Shown here: piece by piece, positions 42,725 to 57,889 of the stretch
Position numbering within the stretch: the first letter of the stretch is position 1
Layout of the letters: every line of letters starts with the position of its first letter
Assembly: GCF_009914755.1 (NCBI RefSeq)
Contig: NC_060925.1
Length of the DNA: 64,000 nucleotides
Direction: 5' to 3' (one strand)
Origin: the human T2T-CHM13v2.0 reference genome, Homo sapiens
The notes under the pieces: model-generated
Told to the model about the DNA's origin: nothing
Databases searched by the model: none
Seen by the model: the letters and a program-made list of their open reading frames with translations, nothing else
Program-made: the position numbers and the translations under genes

Positions 42725-43024
42725 GGCCGGGCATGGTGGCTCACACTATAATCCCAGCACTTTGGGAGGCCGAGGCAGGCAGATCACCTGAGGCCGGGCG
42801 TTCGAGGCCAGCCTGACCAGCATGGAGAAACCCTGTCTCTACTAAAAATACAAAATTAGCCAGGCATGGTGGGGCATGCCTGTAATCCCAGCTACTCAGG
42901 AGGCTGAGGCAGGAGAATCGCTTGAACCCGCGAGGCAGAGGTTACAGTGAGCTGAGATAGCTGCCATTGCACTCCAGCCTGGGCAACAAGAGCAAAACTC
43001 CATCTAAAAAAAAAAAAAAAAAAA
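42725..43024 (+). mobile_element. Alu (AluSp) inserted into L2
   Basis: catggagaaacc, ccattgcactcc, ggcaacaagagc diagnostics; TSD core gtttgctaca. Confidence 0.95.
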
Positions 43025-43593
43025 AAAGTTTGCTACAATAATCTAGGCAAATCCTGTACTAACATATGGCAGCAGGACAAAGAGAAGTAGATGGACTGAT
43101 GCAATGTTAAAGAGGTATTAGGAGGACAGGATCATGAAGGAGATGGAAGAATTGAATTTCACTCTGTAATTCTGGTTTGAGATCCTGGACTAATGGGAGT
43201 ACCACTCATGGATATGAGAAAAGGTGAGAAATAAGAAGAAAGGTGAGAGACATAGGATAATATAAATTAGAGATATGTTGAGTGTAGCTGCTAGGATTGC
43301 ATTCAAGTGAATGCAAGAAAATCTAATGTAGTGGTTAATTCTTATTTAGTCACACAGCAAAAACCTGGGAGTGTGCAATCCAGGCTGGATTCTGTATCTA
43401 AATAATGCCATCAGGTACCCAGTTCCTTTAGTTGTCCTGCTCTTCTTCCCTATAGTATATTCAGTCTCCATGGTCTCAAAACAACTACTGTACCTCCAGA
43501 GTTTTAGGAAGGAAAAAGAATAAGGAGAAGAGGTTACTCCCAAGTATGTTACATTTGCAAAATTTTTAGCATGGCCACCCTTAACTACAAATG

Positions 43594-43856
<263 letters not shown>

Positions 43857-44774
43857 TCACATTCTTGTGCATTCTAAACCAGGCTTCATTTCTGTTACTC
43901 AAATTCCTAATTAGTAAAATATTTTAGAATAAATAAAAAATTTTAATTAAAAAATAGGACAAAACAGAGAATAATTCTAAGGAAATATATATAATTAAGT
44001 CAAAGGCACAGATTATCCTTAGACTGCTTAATTGATACCCAAATAGTTACTTGAATAATTAAGTTTTAATGATAGCAGTTACTGAATCTTCAAAATACAA
44101 TTGAATAACTCAGTAAAATAATGGTGAACCCTATTGTTACAGATTTATACTACAAATTATCTTCAATGCATTTCTAAATTATGCTATCATGAAACTGCAT
44201 ATCCCTAGGGATAGCAAAGACAAAGCTAAACCAAATGTTGAAGACATTATTGTAATGAGTCAGGAGAAACCTGAACCTGGCCTGTGATGTCATTTGTTCT
44301 GCTCAACTGCAGTGACTTAAACAGTAAGGCTTATTTTATATTTATTATTATTAATCAAATAAATGGGAAAAATCAAGATAAATTAGTTGACTTTAGTCAA
44401 TAAAAATCTATCAAATTTACAAAAAAGTAAAGCTCCTCTTTCTAAATATTATAAAGAAAATATCAACCTGAAATAGCACATTGCATTAAACTTCTCTAAA
44501 TGCAAGTGCCATAATTAATTGTCCATTTCAAAATGTTTCAAGGTACCTCATGTTAGGACAAGCAGCATTATTAAAAGAGTAAATTAAGTGTGTGGCTTAA
44601 AATCTCTCCTGAGTTTTGAAACAGGGTTTCAAATTATTTCTAATTACTTAGAATTAGTTGGATTCATTCCATTTAATTCAATTTAACAAAATTTCTTGGT
44701 ATATCCTATGCACAAAACACTGAAAAAAAATCTGAGAAGTCACAAAGATAAATAAGACATCAACTCTGTGCTTC

Positions 44775-45050
44775 TTTATCTATTTATGTTTTACTGATAC
44801 ATAATAATTGTACATATTTATGCAGTACATGTGATACAATGTGTAATCACCAAGAAAGAGTATTTAGGATACCCATCACTTCAGACATTTAACATTCCCT
44901 TGTGTTGAGAACATTCCAAATCTTTTCTAGATATTTTGAAATACATAATAAATTACTGATAAGCATTGTCATGCTACTATGCTATTGAACACTAGAACTT
45001 ATTCTTTCTATCAAAATGTACTTTTTGTACCCATTACCTAACCTCTTCAG
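44775..45050 (-). mobile_element. L1MA 3' end
   Basis: acataataattgtacatatttatgcagtacatgtgata...gaacactagaacttattc. Confidence 0.8.
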
Positions 45051-45885
45051 GAAATCAACATTATTTTAAATGAAGTAACACTTGTTGAACACCTTCTGTG
45101 TATCTTTCTTGCACTGCAATAAAACTTCATAACACTCTTTTTGACCTGTTTGACAGAGGAAGGAAACAAAACCCAGAGAGATGAAATGACTACCCAAGGG
45201 CATAGGGGTAGTTGTGGTAGGACTGAGATTTGAAACTAGCCTTGCTTTTCCTAAGTTCATTTTTTACTTTACTATACCACATTTAGCTGTAAGGAAAAAT
45301 AAAAGAGAGAAATAGAATCAGCACTGGAAACTGAAAAGAACAGAAAAATAGATTAGGTCCAGAAGGCAAAATGCTGACCAGAACTTCCATTTGGCAAAGC
45401 CCCTGTGGAAAACAAGCAAAAGGAGCATCACTTAAAAAAAAAAAAAAAAAAAAAAGCCAACAGCAGGAATCCAGGTGGGAAAGGGAGGGGAGTGTGGAAC
45501 AGAACATGTACCAACCTCAAGAATTCAGTGTGAGCCTTTAAGAGTGAGGCTTACAGGAGTAGGAAGAAAGAATTCTTTGTGAAATTGTATTTACAGAGAA
45601 TGTGGTTTTTGAACTAGACTCCAAGGATTGGATAATTTTAGTAGGTGAAGAAAGGAGGAGAGGAAATTGGAGATGGGTCCCAGGAATCTACATTTTTAAC
45701 AAACTCTTCCCAGTACTTCTAGTTGATGCTAAAATTTGAGAACTGTTTAGTCAGATATTTGGCAAGTATATCACTGTAATAAATAACTACACCTAATTTA
45801 ATGGAAAAAAGATTATTAAAAGGGAAAGAGCTCATTAATTTTAGCTGTAAGATCAAATATTAACAATTTCAGAGGTGTATCTCCT

Positions 45886-46597
<712 letters not shown>

Positions 46598-46741
46598 CTC
46601 TTATATACAAATAATGTGCATTTTAGGTAGAACTGGGATTTTGATAGAAGTACTTTCAACTGGCACTGATGTCAGCAAGATGGCAGAATAGGAGTTTCCA
46701 TTTATCCCCTCATGAAAACATCAATTTGGAAAACCATTCAA

Positions 46742-47060
<319 letters not shown>

Positions 47061-47065
47061 TTAAA

Positions 47066-47112
47066 AATATATACACCTACTATGTACTCACAAAAATTAA
47101 AAATTAAAAAAA
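47066..47112 (+). mobile_element. Very short L1MA 3' tip
   Basis: atatatacacctactatgtactcacaaaaattaaaaattaaaaaaa flanked by gaaaaaccat repeats. Confidence 0.7.
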
Positions 47113-48418
47113 GAAAAACCATCCATGCACAAAATTATCTTCAAAAGAGCTAAGAAATCCAGGAAAGAGTTTATAGCACTTGGACGGAGCAGAGAAATAA
47201 GAGAAGATATATTGAGGAGGATAGAAAAAACGGTTTCACATTACCCATGTCACCCCTCCCACAAGCCCACACAGCACAGCTTGGAGAAAGCTCCCTTCGT
47301 ATAGGGGAAAGACAGTAAAGGGAGCGCTTGATTTTGCCACAGATCCCCTCACTAGGCCCACCCCAATGCTATGATTTCAAATAAAAGCATAAGATTACAC
47401 CATGAGGATCTAAGCCCAAAGGTAGCAGAAGAAAGGAAATAAAGATCACAACAGAAATAACTGAAATAGAGGCTAGAAAAACAATACAAAAGAACAATGA
47501 AACTATTGGTTTTTTTGAAAAGATAAACAAAATTGACCAATATATGAACAATTATATGCCAGCAACTTGCTTAACCTAAAAGAAATGCATATATTCTTAC
47601 AAACATACAACCTGCCAAGACTGAATCATGAAGGAACAGAAAATGTAAATAGACTAATATTAAGTAAGGAGATTAAATAAGTAATCAAAAACCTCCCACC
47701 AAAGAAAAGTCCAGGACCCAGTGGCTTCACTGGTGAATTCTACCCAACACTTAAAAATGAATTAACGCCAATATTTCTCAAACTGCTCCAAAAATTGGAG
47801 AAGGGGGAACATTTCCAAACTCATTTTACAAGGCCAGCATTATCTTGATACCAAGGGCAAACAAGAACACTATAAGAAAAAAAAAATTATAGGCCAATAT
47901 TCCTGATAACATAATTGCAAAAATCCTCAAGAAAATGCTAATAAACTGAATTCAATCACACACGTACCATGATCAAGTGGGATTTATCCCTGGGATGCAA
48001 AGATAGTTCTCCATAAGCATTTATTACATTTGCCAATAAATGTGATAAAACCGTATGAATGAAATGAAGGGAAAAGTTATATGATCATCTCAATAGAGGC
48101 AGAAAAAGCAGGTTTTTAAAAATAAAATCCAACATCATTTCATGATTTTAAAAAACACTTAAAAATTACGTATAGAAGGAATGTACCTCAACATAATAAA
48201 GGCCATATATGACAATCCCACAGATAACATCATGCATAATGGTTAAAAGCTACAAGCTTTTTCTCTAAGATCAGAAACAAGATATGGATGCCCACTCTCA
48301 CCACATCTGTCCAATACAGCACTGGAAGTTCTAGACAGAGCAATGAGGCAGGAAACAGAAATAAGTTATTTAACTAAGAAAAGAAAAAGTAGAACTGTCT
48401 CTGTTTGCAGATGATATG

Positions 48419-49094
48419 TGTTAAAGCAAAATAAGCCTGAGGCCATTAGCCTGGAATTATTTCTGTACCTGGCACGATTATGCAAGCAATCCAAAATTTA
48501 ACTTAGAGGCATTCCTTGTATCTGATTAATTTTGAATCAAGTTTCAGCCAATCATAAATGGCCAAGTAGCTGATTGGTTATATAATTTGGAGCCTCCAGT
48601 TAAACCATATCGAAATAAGGTAAATACCTAGCTGTGGCCAATCTAGTTTCTTTGTTTTCATGTTCAACCAATAAAAGCTCACTGCTCACACTTCTAGAGC
48701 AAGGCCCATGATCTCCTTTCAGTTTTGGTGCTTCCCACTTCATGAACTGTTCTTTGCCAAATAAATGTTGTTAAATTTTATTATGTCTCAAGTTTTTCTT
48801 TTCTTTTTTTCTTTTTTTTTTTTTTTTTGAGACAGAGTCTCACTCTGTTGCCCAGGCTGGAGTGCAATGGTACAATCTCGGCTCACTGCAACCTCCTGAG
48901 TAGCTGGGAATACAGACATGCATCACCATGCCCAGCTAATTTTGTATTTTTAGTAGAGATGAGGGAGGTTTCACCAGGTTGCCCAGACTGGTCTCTAACT
49001 CCTGACCTCAAGTGATCCACCTGCCTCAACCTCCCAAAGTACTGGGATTACAGGCATGAGACAGCACACCTGGCCTCAAGTTTTTCTTTTAATG
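48419..49094 (+). mobile_element. ERV1 solo LTR (MER57-related) inserted into L1 RT, itself interrupted by an Alu
   Basis: TGTTAAAG start, several CCAAT boxes, aaataaggtaaa motif resembling the MER57 at 2021; end aagtttttcttttaa; L1 resumes at 49095. Confidence 0.75.
48803..49075 (-). mobile_element. Alu (AluS) with internal deletion
   Basis: 15-bp TSD tcaagtttttctttt (48788-48802 / 49076-49090); deletion at gcaacctcc|tgagtagc. Confidence 0.94.
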
Positions 49095-50023
49095 CATAAT
49101 TTTACATATGGAAAACCCTAAAGACTGTATGAAAACTATTAGAACTAATAAATGAATTCAGTAAAGTTAAAGTTAGGTGAAATTTCTGTACACTGAAAAC
49201 CATAAAACACCAATAAAAGAAATTGAAGAAGACATAAACAAATGGAAAGATATCCTGTGGTTATGAATTAAAAGAATTAATATTTTTAAAATATCTATAT
49301 GACCCAAAGTGATCTACAGATTCAATGCAATCCCTATTAAAATTTTAATGACATTTTTCACAGAAATGGAAAATGAGATTGCACACTTATCTCTCATCAC
49401 ATGTAAAAATCAACTCAAAATGGATTGAAGGCTGTAAGGTAACACCTGAAACTGTACAATTACTAGACAAAAACATAGGGGAAAAGCTTCTTGACACTGA
49501 TCTAGTCCATGATTTTTTGGATATGACCCAAAATCACAGGCAATAAAAGCAAAAATAAACAAATGGGATTGCACCAAACTAAAAAGCTCTGCACAGCAAA
49601 GGAAATGGTCAACAGACTGAAGAGACACCTATGGAATAGGAGAAAATATTTGCAAACTGTTCATATATTCAGGGGTTAATATCCAAAATGATATAAGGAA
49701 CTCAAACAATAGCAAGAAAACAAATAACCTCATTTTTTAAACGGGTTAAAGGATCTAACAGACATTTCTCAAAAGAAGACATACAAATGGCCAACAGGCA
49801 TATTTTTTAAAAATGCTCAATATTACTACTCAAGGAAATGCAAATTAAAACCACAATAAGATATCACCTCATACTTGTTAGAATGGCTATTGTAAAAAAG
49901 ACAAGCCGTAAGTATTGACAAAGATGTGGAGAAAAAGGGACTCTTGCACACTGTGGGTGGAAATGTAAATTGGCACAGCCATTATGTAAAACAAAATGGA
50001 AGTTTCCTTAAAATTAAAAATGG

Positions 50024-50147
50024 GGCTGGGTGTGGTGGCTCAAACTTGTAATCCTAGCACTTTGGAAGGCTGAGGCAGGAAGATCATTTGAGGTCAAGAG
50101 TTCGATACCAGCCTGGGCAACATGGTAACACCCTATCTTTAAAAAAA
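50024..50147 (+). mobile_element. Alu left monomer (FLAM/AluJ-like)
   Basis: Left arm only, then A tail into which the next Alu inserted. Confidence 0.85.
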
Positions 50148-50155
50148 GAATTTTA

Positions 50156-50473
<318 letters not shown>

Positions 50474-50654
50474 TTAAAATAAAATGACCATATAACCTAG
50501 CAATTCTACCTCTGGGTACACATCCACAGGAAATGAAATCAGTATGTTGAAGAGATATCTATATTCCCATATTCATCATAGCATTATTCACAATAGCCAA
50601 GATGTGGAATCAATCTAAGTGTCTATCAATTGATGAATGGAGAAATAAAATGCA

Positions 50655-50703
50655 TGTGTGTGTGTGTATTGTGTGTATATATATGTGTGTGTGTGTATAT
50701 ATA
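50655..50703. repeat. (TG)n/(TA)n microsatellite inside L1
   Basis: tgtgtgtgtgtgtattgtgtgtatatatatgtgtgtgtgtgtatatata. Confidence 0.85.
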
Positions 50704-51629
50704 CCCCCATACATGTTATTATATATAAAATATTATTATAATGTAATATAATAATAAAATATTATTCTTTCCTACAAAAGAAGGAAATTCTGTCATTCAC
50801 AACAACATAATTGAGCCTGGAGGACACTATGCTAAGTGAAATACACCAGGCACGGAAAGGCAAATACGGCATGATCTCACTCATATGTAGAATCTAAAAA
50901 TGTTGAACTCCTAGAAGCAGAGAGTGCAATGGTGATTGTCAGGGACTAGGAAGATCTTGGTCAAAAGGCACAAAGTTTCAATATGCAAGATGGATAAGTC
51001 CTGGGGATATAATGTACAGTATTGTGACTGTATTTCATATTACTATATTGTATACTTGAAATTTACTAGGATCTTAAATGTTCTCATCTCAAAAAAAAAA
51101 GTAACTCTGAGGTGGCAGACACGTTAATTTAGCTTGATAGTGGCAATCGTTCCACAATGTAAGTGTATATTACAACATCAAGTTGTGAACCTTAAATATA
51201 TACAATTTTTTGTCATTTGTGCCTCAATAAAGATTTTTAAAAAGTACTTTCAACTGCTTATTAACAAACATTTAATAATGTTTGTTATCCTACAAAACTG
51301 TATTAAGAGACTGACAAAAATGAATTAGACATTTTGTCTGTTATTAACTATGTCTCCATCTAATAAAGGAAAAAGACATTTATGTAACATTTGGCTTGCA
51401 GGGTAATACGTGCTAAAGATGTGGTTTATGCAAGGTATCATGTGGAACAGTGGAACTGGTGAACAGCTCTGCTTGGTTAGTAAAGGGGAAGGGACAGGAT
51501 GTTGAAGACACACACAGGTTATGCCTTTAATGATGAGAAGGTATTTACCAGGCAAATAAAGGCAAGAATAAACTTCAAACCAACAGAGGGACTAAAAAAA
51601 TAGGATAATTTTTAGAAACCAAAACCAAC

Positions 51630-51986
51630 GGTCTTAGTCCTTTTGGGCTGCTATAACAAAATACCATAAACTGGGTAGCTTATAAACAAACAAAAAATAT
51701 TTCTCACATTCTGGAGGCTAGAAAATCCAAGATCCAGGTTCTAGCAGATTCAGTGTCTAGTGAGAGTTCTCTTCCTCATAGATGGCACCTTCTTGCTGTG
51801 TCACATGGTCGAAGGGGCTAGCTAGCTCTCTTTGGTCTCTTCTATAAGAGCATAATCCCAGTCATGTGGGCTCCACTGTCATGATCTAGTCAATTCTCAA
51901 GGGCCCTGCCTCTTAATTCTATCACCTTGGGGATTAGGAATTCAACATATGAATTTTGGGCAGACACAAATATTCAAACCATAGCA
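51630..51986 (-). mobile_element. MaLR solo LTR (MLT1A/MST-like)
   Basis: gtcttagtcc...gctgctataacaaaataccataaactggg...attcaaaccatagca; perfect 5-bp TSD ccaac (51625-51629 / 51987-51991). Confidence 0.9.
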
Positions 51987-51999
51987 CCAACTTAAACCA

Positions 52000-52700
52000 A
52001 CAGAAGGCAAGAAAAGAAAAACAAGTACGAAACAAATGAAATAAATAGAAAATGCAAAGTAAAACAGTAGATTTAAAACCAAACATATCAGCAATTACAT
52101 TAAATATAAATGTACTAAATACTCCAGGTAAGAGTCGAATATTGACAGCCTCGATTTAAATTCCACTATGTGTTGTTTATAAGAGACATCCAAAATATAA
52201 GAACAAAAAGTGGGGAAAATATCTCATTCTAGTAGTAACTGAAATAATGTAATAACTGTTAAAAGCAAGATAAATACACTATTGAAGATAAAGAGGATTC
52301 CCTTATAACAAAAAAAGTTTTAACATACTGAAGATTAACATTCTAAATATAAATGTGTTTACCAATAAACAGATTACCAATGGCTTTAAAAGAATAAATA
52401 CAACATAATTCTATTTATGTAGAGTTTTAATACAGACAAGATTATATTTTTAGAGATGCATACTTAGGTTGTAAAACTATATTTTTAAAAGTAAAAGAGG
52501 TATTATTACCACACACACTATAACAATGGTTACTTCTAGGAGCAAGGAATGGTGGTATAGCTAGTAAGGAATAGCCTGGAGTCTTCAGCAGGGCTGACAA
52601 CACTGTTATCTTTCGGATGTGTTTCCACAGATGTTTCCTTTTATTGTTCATTACATTGTGCACTTATGCTTTGTGCACTTTTCTGGCATTTTTATATTTC
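52000..52700 (+). mobile_element. Old L1ME fragments
   Basis: tagatttaaaaccaaacatatcagcaattacattaaatataaatg (ORF2 start region) and L1ME 3'UTR-like sequence. Confidence 0.6.
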
Positions 52701-55221
52701 ATGATTTTTAAGTTTTAAAAAATTGTAGATGGAATTCTTCAGTACGTATCTGCATACATGCATAACAGCTTAAGAAGGAAAGCTTGTATTGGAGAAGGAG
52801 ATATGGGTGTTGTCTTCTGCAGATAGCAGCAGAAGCCATGGGAATAAGTGAGACTGTGCATGGAGAACACACTGAGAGGAAGTGAGCTCTCCTGACAGAA
52901 GGTTCAGGAACACAAGCAGAAGCAGAAGAGGTGCAATTGCTAAGAAGGAGCAACTCAGAGGGTGCTGAAGAGCAAACTGAATGTTAATGTTTCAGAACAA
53001 AGGAGTAGAATGTTTCCAGAGAAGAAAATAATCAATATTGACAAATTCACCAGGGAGGCAAAGTAAGATAAGAAATGACAAGTAATTATGGACATGGCAA
53101 TTAAAATGTCAATTAACTTAGTACAAGTAGTTTTAGTTTCTATCAAAACCATAACATATAAATCAATTTATTTTCAGATATTATTGACAGACTTTCACTG
53201 TCATAAAGAGTCATGAGTTTTATCACTTGAGTCATTTTACCTTGGATATAAATAACTGATTAGAGTGATTCACAGTTTGAAAAACCCAGCCCTTAACTAT
53301 TTGAGATCCTGGTAAAGAAAGTGTTAGTATCCAGCTGTTTAACCACATAATGTGAAAGAGATTGCCAGTTTCCTCTCAATATTCACTGTCCCCAAAGTAC
53401 TCCAATTGTTTAGTTACTTTGTCACCCAACCAAAAGAAAACGTTTCCTAGCCTCCACTGCAGTCAGGAGAAGTTGAATGACTAAATTCTGGCCACTGATA
53501 TGTGGAGCAAAGATTGCTAACAATATGACTACATATATTATTGCTAATTATAAGATTATATAGATAGATCAGCCTCCTAAAAATTTTGCTTTGTTCCTAT
53601 TCCTTCCTTTCCTTTTTATTGACTGAAAGTGGCAAGTGGCAAAAGCAGCAGCAACCTTGTAACCACCATGTTGCTAGAACCACCTTACTAGCTTAGCTCT
53701 TTGGATTGCTTCATGGAGCAAAGTCCTACCTAGGTGGCACTGTATTTTGAGCTCTTTTTATTAAGCATACTGACCAGTTTCCTAAATATTACATCTAAGT
53801 AACCATGTTGTGTGGCATTTCCAGGAAACTGCCTTAAAAGGGAGAGGACTCCTTCTTTTAATCTTCACTCCCTTTCCTCCTTCCTGGACTATGGTTTTTG
53901 TAAGCAGAGCTCCAACAATGCAGGTAGAACGCCCCAGGAAGTGACCCTGGGAATTGAAGCCATGTTTGGCAGAACAACGAGACAGAACAAACTTCAGCCT
54001 TTGATTCCATGGAACCAGCATACCTGCCCTGACCAACTTACCTCTGGAATCATTTTTCCTTTTTAAGCCACTACTGTCCATATTTTGTTACTTTCGGCCT
54101 AACCTAATCATTTCTGTGGCATATATAGTGATATGAAAATGAATGGAAAGATGGACAAAATGACATAGCATTGCTTCCCATGGCCAAGACACACAACAAA
54201 ACTAACGTTATTAGATCCATTTAATAGGAAAATGAGACATAAGAACAAACATTTGTTAAGATTTTATATTTATCATTTAGACAGAGACTATAATCTTCAC
54301 AGTAACCCTACAGGGTAGGCAACATCATCACTATTTTAAAGAAATTGAGACCTAGTAAGGGAGAGCAAGTTGCTTGGCATCACTCAGTGTGTAAATGACA
54401 GAATTTGAACTCACAGTTCTCATGAACAAAACCCATGCTCCATTCTATGCCTTATCTTATTTCCACAATGAAAAAAGAGGAACAGAAGGCAAATTAACTA
54501 GAACAAAAATTGCTTTTGCACAGATACAAATAACTCTGTTTCAATCAGAATAAAAGGTTTCCTGACTCACTCTAGATTCACAGGGCCTTGTTTTTCTTTT
54601 ATAACCTCAAGTTACCACACTTTTAAGAAATAAATTATTTCGTAAGTTTATAAAATAGAACTGAATTGTGTAGTTCCCAGAAGAATTTCTTAGAGCAGTC
54701 TGTTCCCCTGAATCAAGGTGAAAAACAGACCCTGTTATGTGTAATGTACGCTTCTTATTTTTATCCTGGAATGAGTGCTTTTTTCAAATGTTGAAGGTTG
54801 GGACTAAAACACAACCACCTGGGCCACTAAAATAGGTCCTGCTGCCACTATTTCTGTTATTTCAGATTCTACTTGGAATTTCTCATTTTTCAATACTCTT
54901 GGAAGATCCTAAATGCTAACTTCGTTTATTACTTAGAAAGGAAAAGACTTGGGAGTGTTCTCTATAAGTTTCACAACTTGTCTGAATATTAAAACACGGC
55001 AATAAATTTATTAATGGTAATAAATTGCATCCTAATCTTTTCAGTGAAGTCATGCAAATTAGCACATGACTGTTTACTTGTGTAATAAAAAGTCATGGCT
55101 TTAAATGAGGACTTTGACTTTAAAGACATCTAATAAACTATGCCTTTTTTCATTGTCATTTAAATCCTTCCTCCATCATTGTTTTATTCATTCAACAAAT
55201 GTTTTTTGAGCACCTACAATG

Positions 55222-55445
55222 AGAAGCAGTACCATGTAATGGTCAAGAGCACAAACTGCATTTCAAATCCTGGCTCCTCTTTCAGTTGGCTCTTTGACCT
55301 TGGTCAAGTCACTTAGCCTTTTTGACCCTCCATTTTCTCATCTGTAAATCAAGATAATAGTATTATACTTTCAAGAGCTATTGTGAGCACAAAATGAGTT
55401 AATATGAGGATTACATGTATACATAATAAATATATAATAAATGTT
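55222..55445 (+). mobile_element. MIR SINE
   Basis: tgaccttggtcaagtcacttagcc...ttctcatctgtaaa. Confidence 0.75.
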
Positions 55446-55479
55446 TATGAAAAATACATACCTACATACATATATACAT

Positions 55480-56772
55480 ACAATATACTGAGCTTTAAAG
55501 AGCTGGGATATAGCAATGATCTAAACACACATATTTTGTTCCCATGTAACATATATTCCAGGCAGACAGAGGCAGACAATAAACAAATAATTAGATAATA
55601 GCTCATGTGTGATAAATGTTCTAAGGAAGAATAAAGGAGATAAAAATAGAGAATGATGGTGGGGCACTATTTTTTTTACAGAATGGTTCAGAAAGGATGC
55701 TGTAGAATACAATATTTATGTAAAGATAAAAAAACACGAGGAAGCCAGCCATGCTGATGAAGGATTGGGCTTCTAGGTAATGGAAACAAATACAGAGGTC
55801 CCGAGGTAGGGGCGTGCTTGAAGCATATGAAGGACACTGAAGCCAATGTGTCTGGAGAAAAGTAAGCAAAATGAAGAATGGGAGGAGAGAAAGAGACAGG
55901 AATAGCAGGGTCTTACGGTCATAAAAGGCTTTGTAGCCAATGGTAAAGGCATTGGCTTTTACCCAAACTTGACTGAAAGGTCTAGCAGGATTTACAGCCA
56001 TACCACCCTGAACGTGCCCAATCTTATCTGAAAGATCTTGCAGGACTTTGAGCAGAGGATGGATATTATTTAATACAGATTTGTAAAGGTTCCCTCCAGC
56101 TGCTCTGTAGGAAATAAATCATAACAGAGGGGCAAAGGTTGCTAAAAGGAGACCAAAGTGGTATATATTGCAATATCCAGGTAGATAGACCCTAGAAAAA
56201 TACTTGCATATATGTACAAAAAGGTATGAACTTAGCTGTTCATTCTAGTATTGTAACAAGGAAAATTTAGAAACAACCCAGCTATCTGTCTATGAGGAAG
56301 TAGCTAAATAAATTGTGATATACTAAATGTCACATATTATCTATTAATAGCATATTAATAAATCAAATTCCATGACTTCAATAAGAGTAGGCAGTGGAGG
56401 TGATAAAAAAAATTTGGTGTAATCCTGGATATATTTCCAAAACGTAGCCCACAGAATTTGCCATTGGAGTGGTTGTGGGAAGTAAAAGAAATAAAGGAGT
56501 AAAGATGACTCCAGGATTTTCTGTCCTGAGCCAGCAAGGGTATAGTTGCTCTACTGAGTTTGTGAACATTAGGAGAGAAGCAGAGGATTCCTGGGGGAGT
56601 GGGAGGGGATGTGGTTAAAGAATTCAGCTTTGGACATGTTGAATTTGACATCAGAGAGTATGGATATAGGAGACTGAAGTTCAGAAGAGCAATCTGAGCA
56701 AGATGTCCATGTTTGAGACCCATGGTGTATTCATGGTATTGAAGGCCATGGGTTTGGATAAGATGAACCAAT
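55480..56772 (-). mobile_element. L2 LINE, long fragment
   Basis: ccaatggtaaaggcattggcttttac; aagatgactccaggattt; ttcagctttggacatgttgaatttga. Confidence 0.75.
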
Positions 56773-56773
56773 G

Positions 56774-56885
56774 CAGTGGTTCTCAAACCCAGCTGTGCAC
56801 TAGATTTTTGATCAACTAAGTCAGAATCACAGGAGTGGGACCTAGACATTATATAATTTAAAATCCTTTGGGCTGAGAACCAATG
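56774..56885. mobile_element. MER5-type hAT-Charlie MITE
   Basis: TIR cagtggttctca / tgagaaccaatg. Confidence 0.7.
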
Positions 56886-56965
56886 ACTTAAGCAAACAGT
56901 ATAAAAAGAAAAGAAATGGAAAAAATTTGAAGAGAAAACGCCCAAAATAGAAAATACTATGGGTT

Positions 56966-57268
56966 GGCAGTGCATGGTGGCTCACCCCTCTAATCCCAGC
57001 ACTTTGGAAGGCTGAAGGGGTCGGATTACATGAGGTCAGGAGTTCAAGACCAGACTGGCCAACATGATGAAACCCTGTCTCTACTAAAAATACAAAAATT
57101 AGCCTGGCATGCCTGTAATCCCAGCTACCAGGGAGGCTGAAGCAGGAGAATAGCCTGAAACCAGGAGGCGGAGGTTGCAGTGAGCCAAGATCACACCACA
57201 GCACTCCAGCCTGGGCAACAGAGTAAGTGAGACTTCGTCTCCAAAAAAAAAGAAAAGAAAAGAAGAAG
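56966..57268 (+). mobile_element. Alu (AluS)
   Basis: TSD gaaaat(a/g)ctatgggt (56950-56964 / 57269-57283). Confidence 0.94.
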
Positions 57269-57619
57269 GAAAATGCTATGGGTCAACAAATTTGAACAGT
57301 AAATTGTCAATACTAAAGTTGAAGATTCACATACTTTTGGCTCAAGAATTTACTTTTAGGTTTATAACCTTAGAGAAATGCTTGCATATATGCACAAAAA
57401 GATACAAATTTGGCTGTTCACTATGGTCTTGTATTAGGAAAATTTAGGTACAGTCCAAATATATGTCTATAAATAAACTGTGGTAACTTAAATACTATAT
57501 ATTATATATTAATAGCATATAAATGCAATATAATACCATATAGCAATTAAAAATGAATGAATTTGATCTATATGTATCAATATAGATTAATATTGAAATC
57601 ACAGAATGAAGAAATCTAG

Positions 57620-57835
57620 CTAAAAAACATAGATATATTTAATATATATTACATAGTTTATATATAAAATATGTATTTTTATATATTTAACATATATTAA
57701 ATTATATTTATATAATTTACATAATTATATTATATAAATATATTAAATATGCAATATTTAATATAGGTTTTAAATCTATGTATTTTATATATTTATATAC
57801 ATTTCATATTTTACAAATAAAATATATTTTTACAT
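57620..57835. repeat. AT-rich low-complexity tract
   Basis: Nearly pure A/T degenerate (TA)n. Confidence 0.8.
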
Positions 57836-57889
57836 AGGGATATAGGCACTCAGAATTTTTTTCATTTGCTTTAGTTGGATTTTTTAGTT

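Noticed and set aside
56355-56975. Longest ORF (206 aa, minus strand)
   Set aside because: Runs across Alu flank, MER5 and L2 sequence; composition reflects repeats and no domain is recognisable
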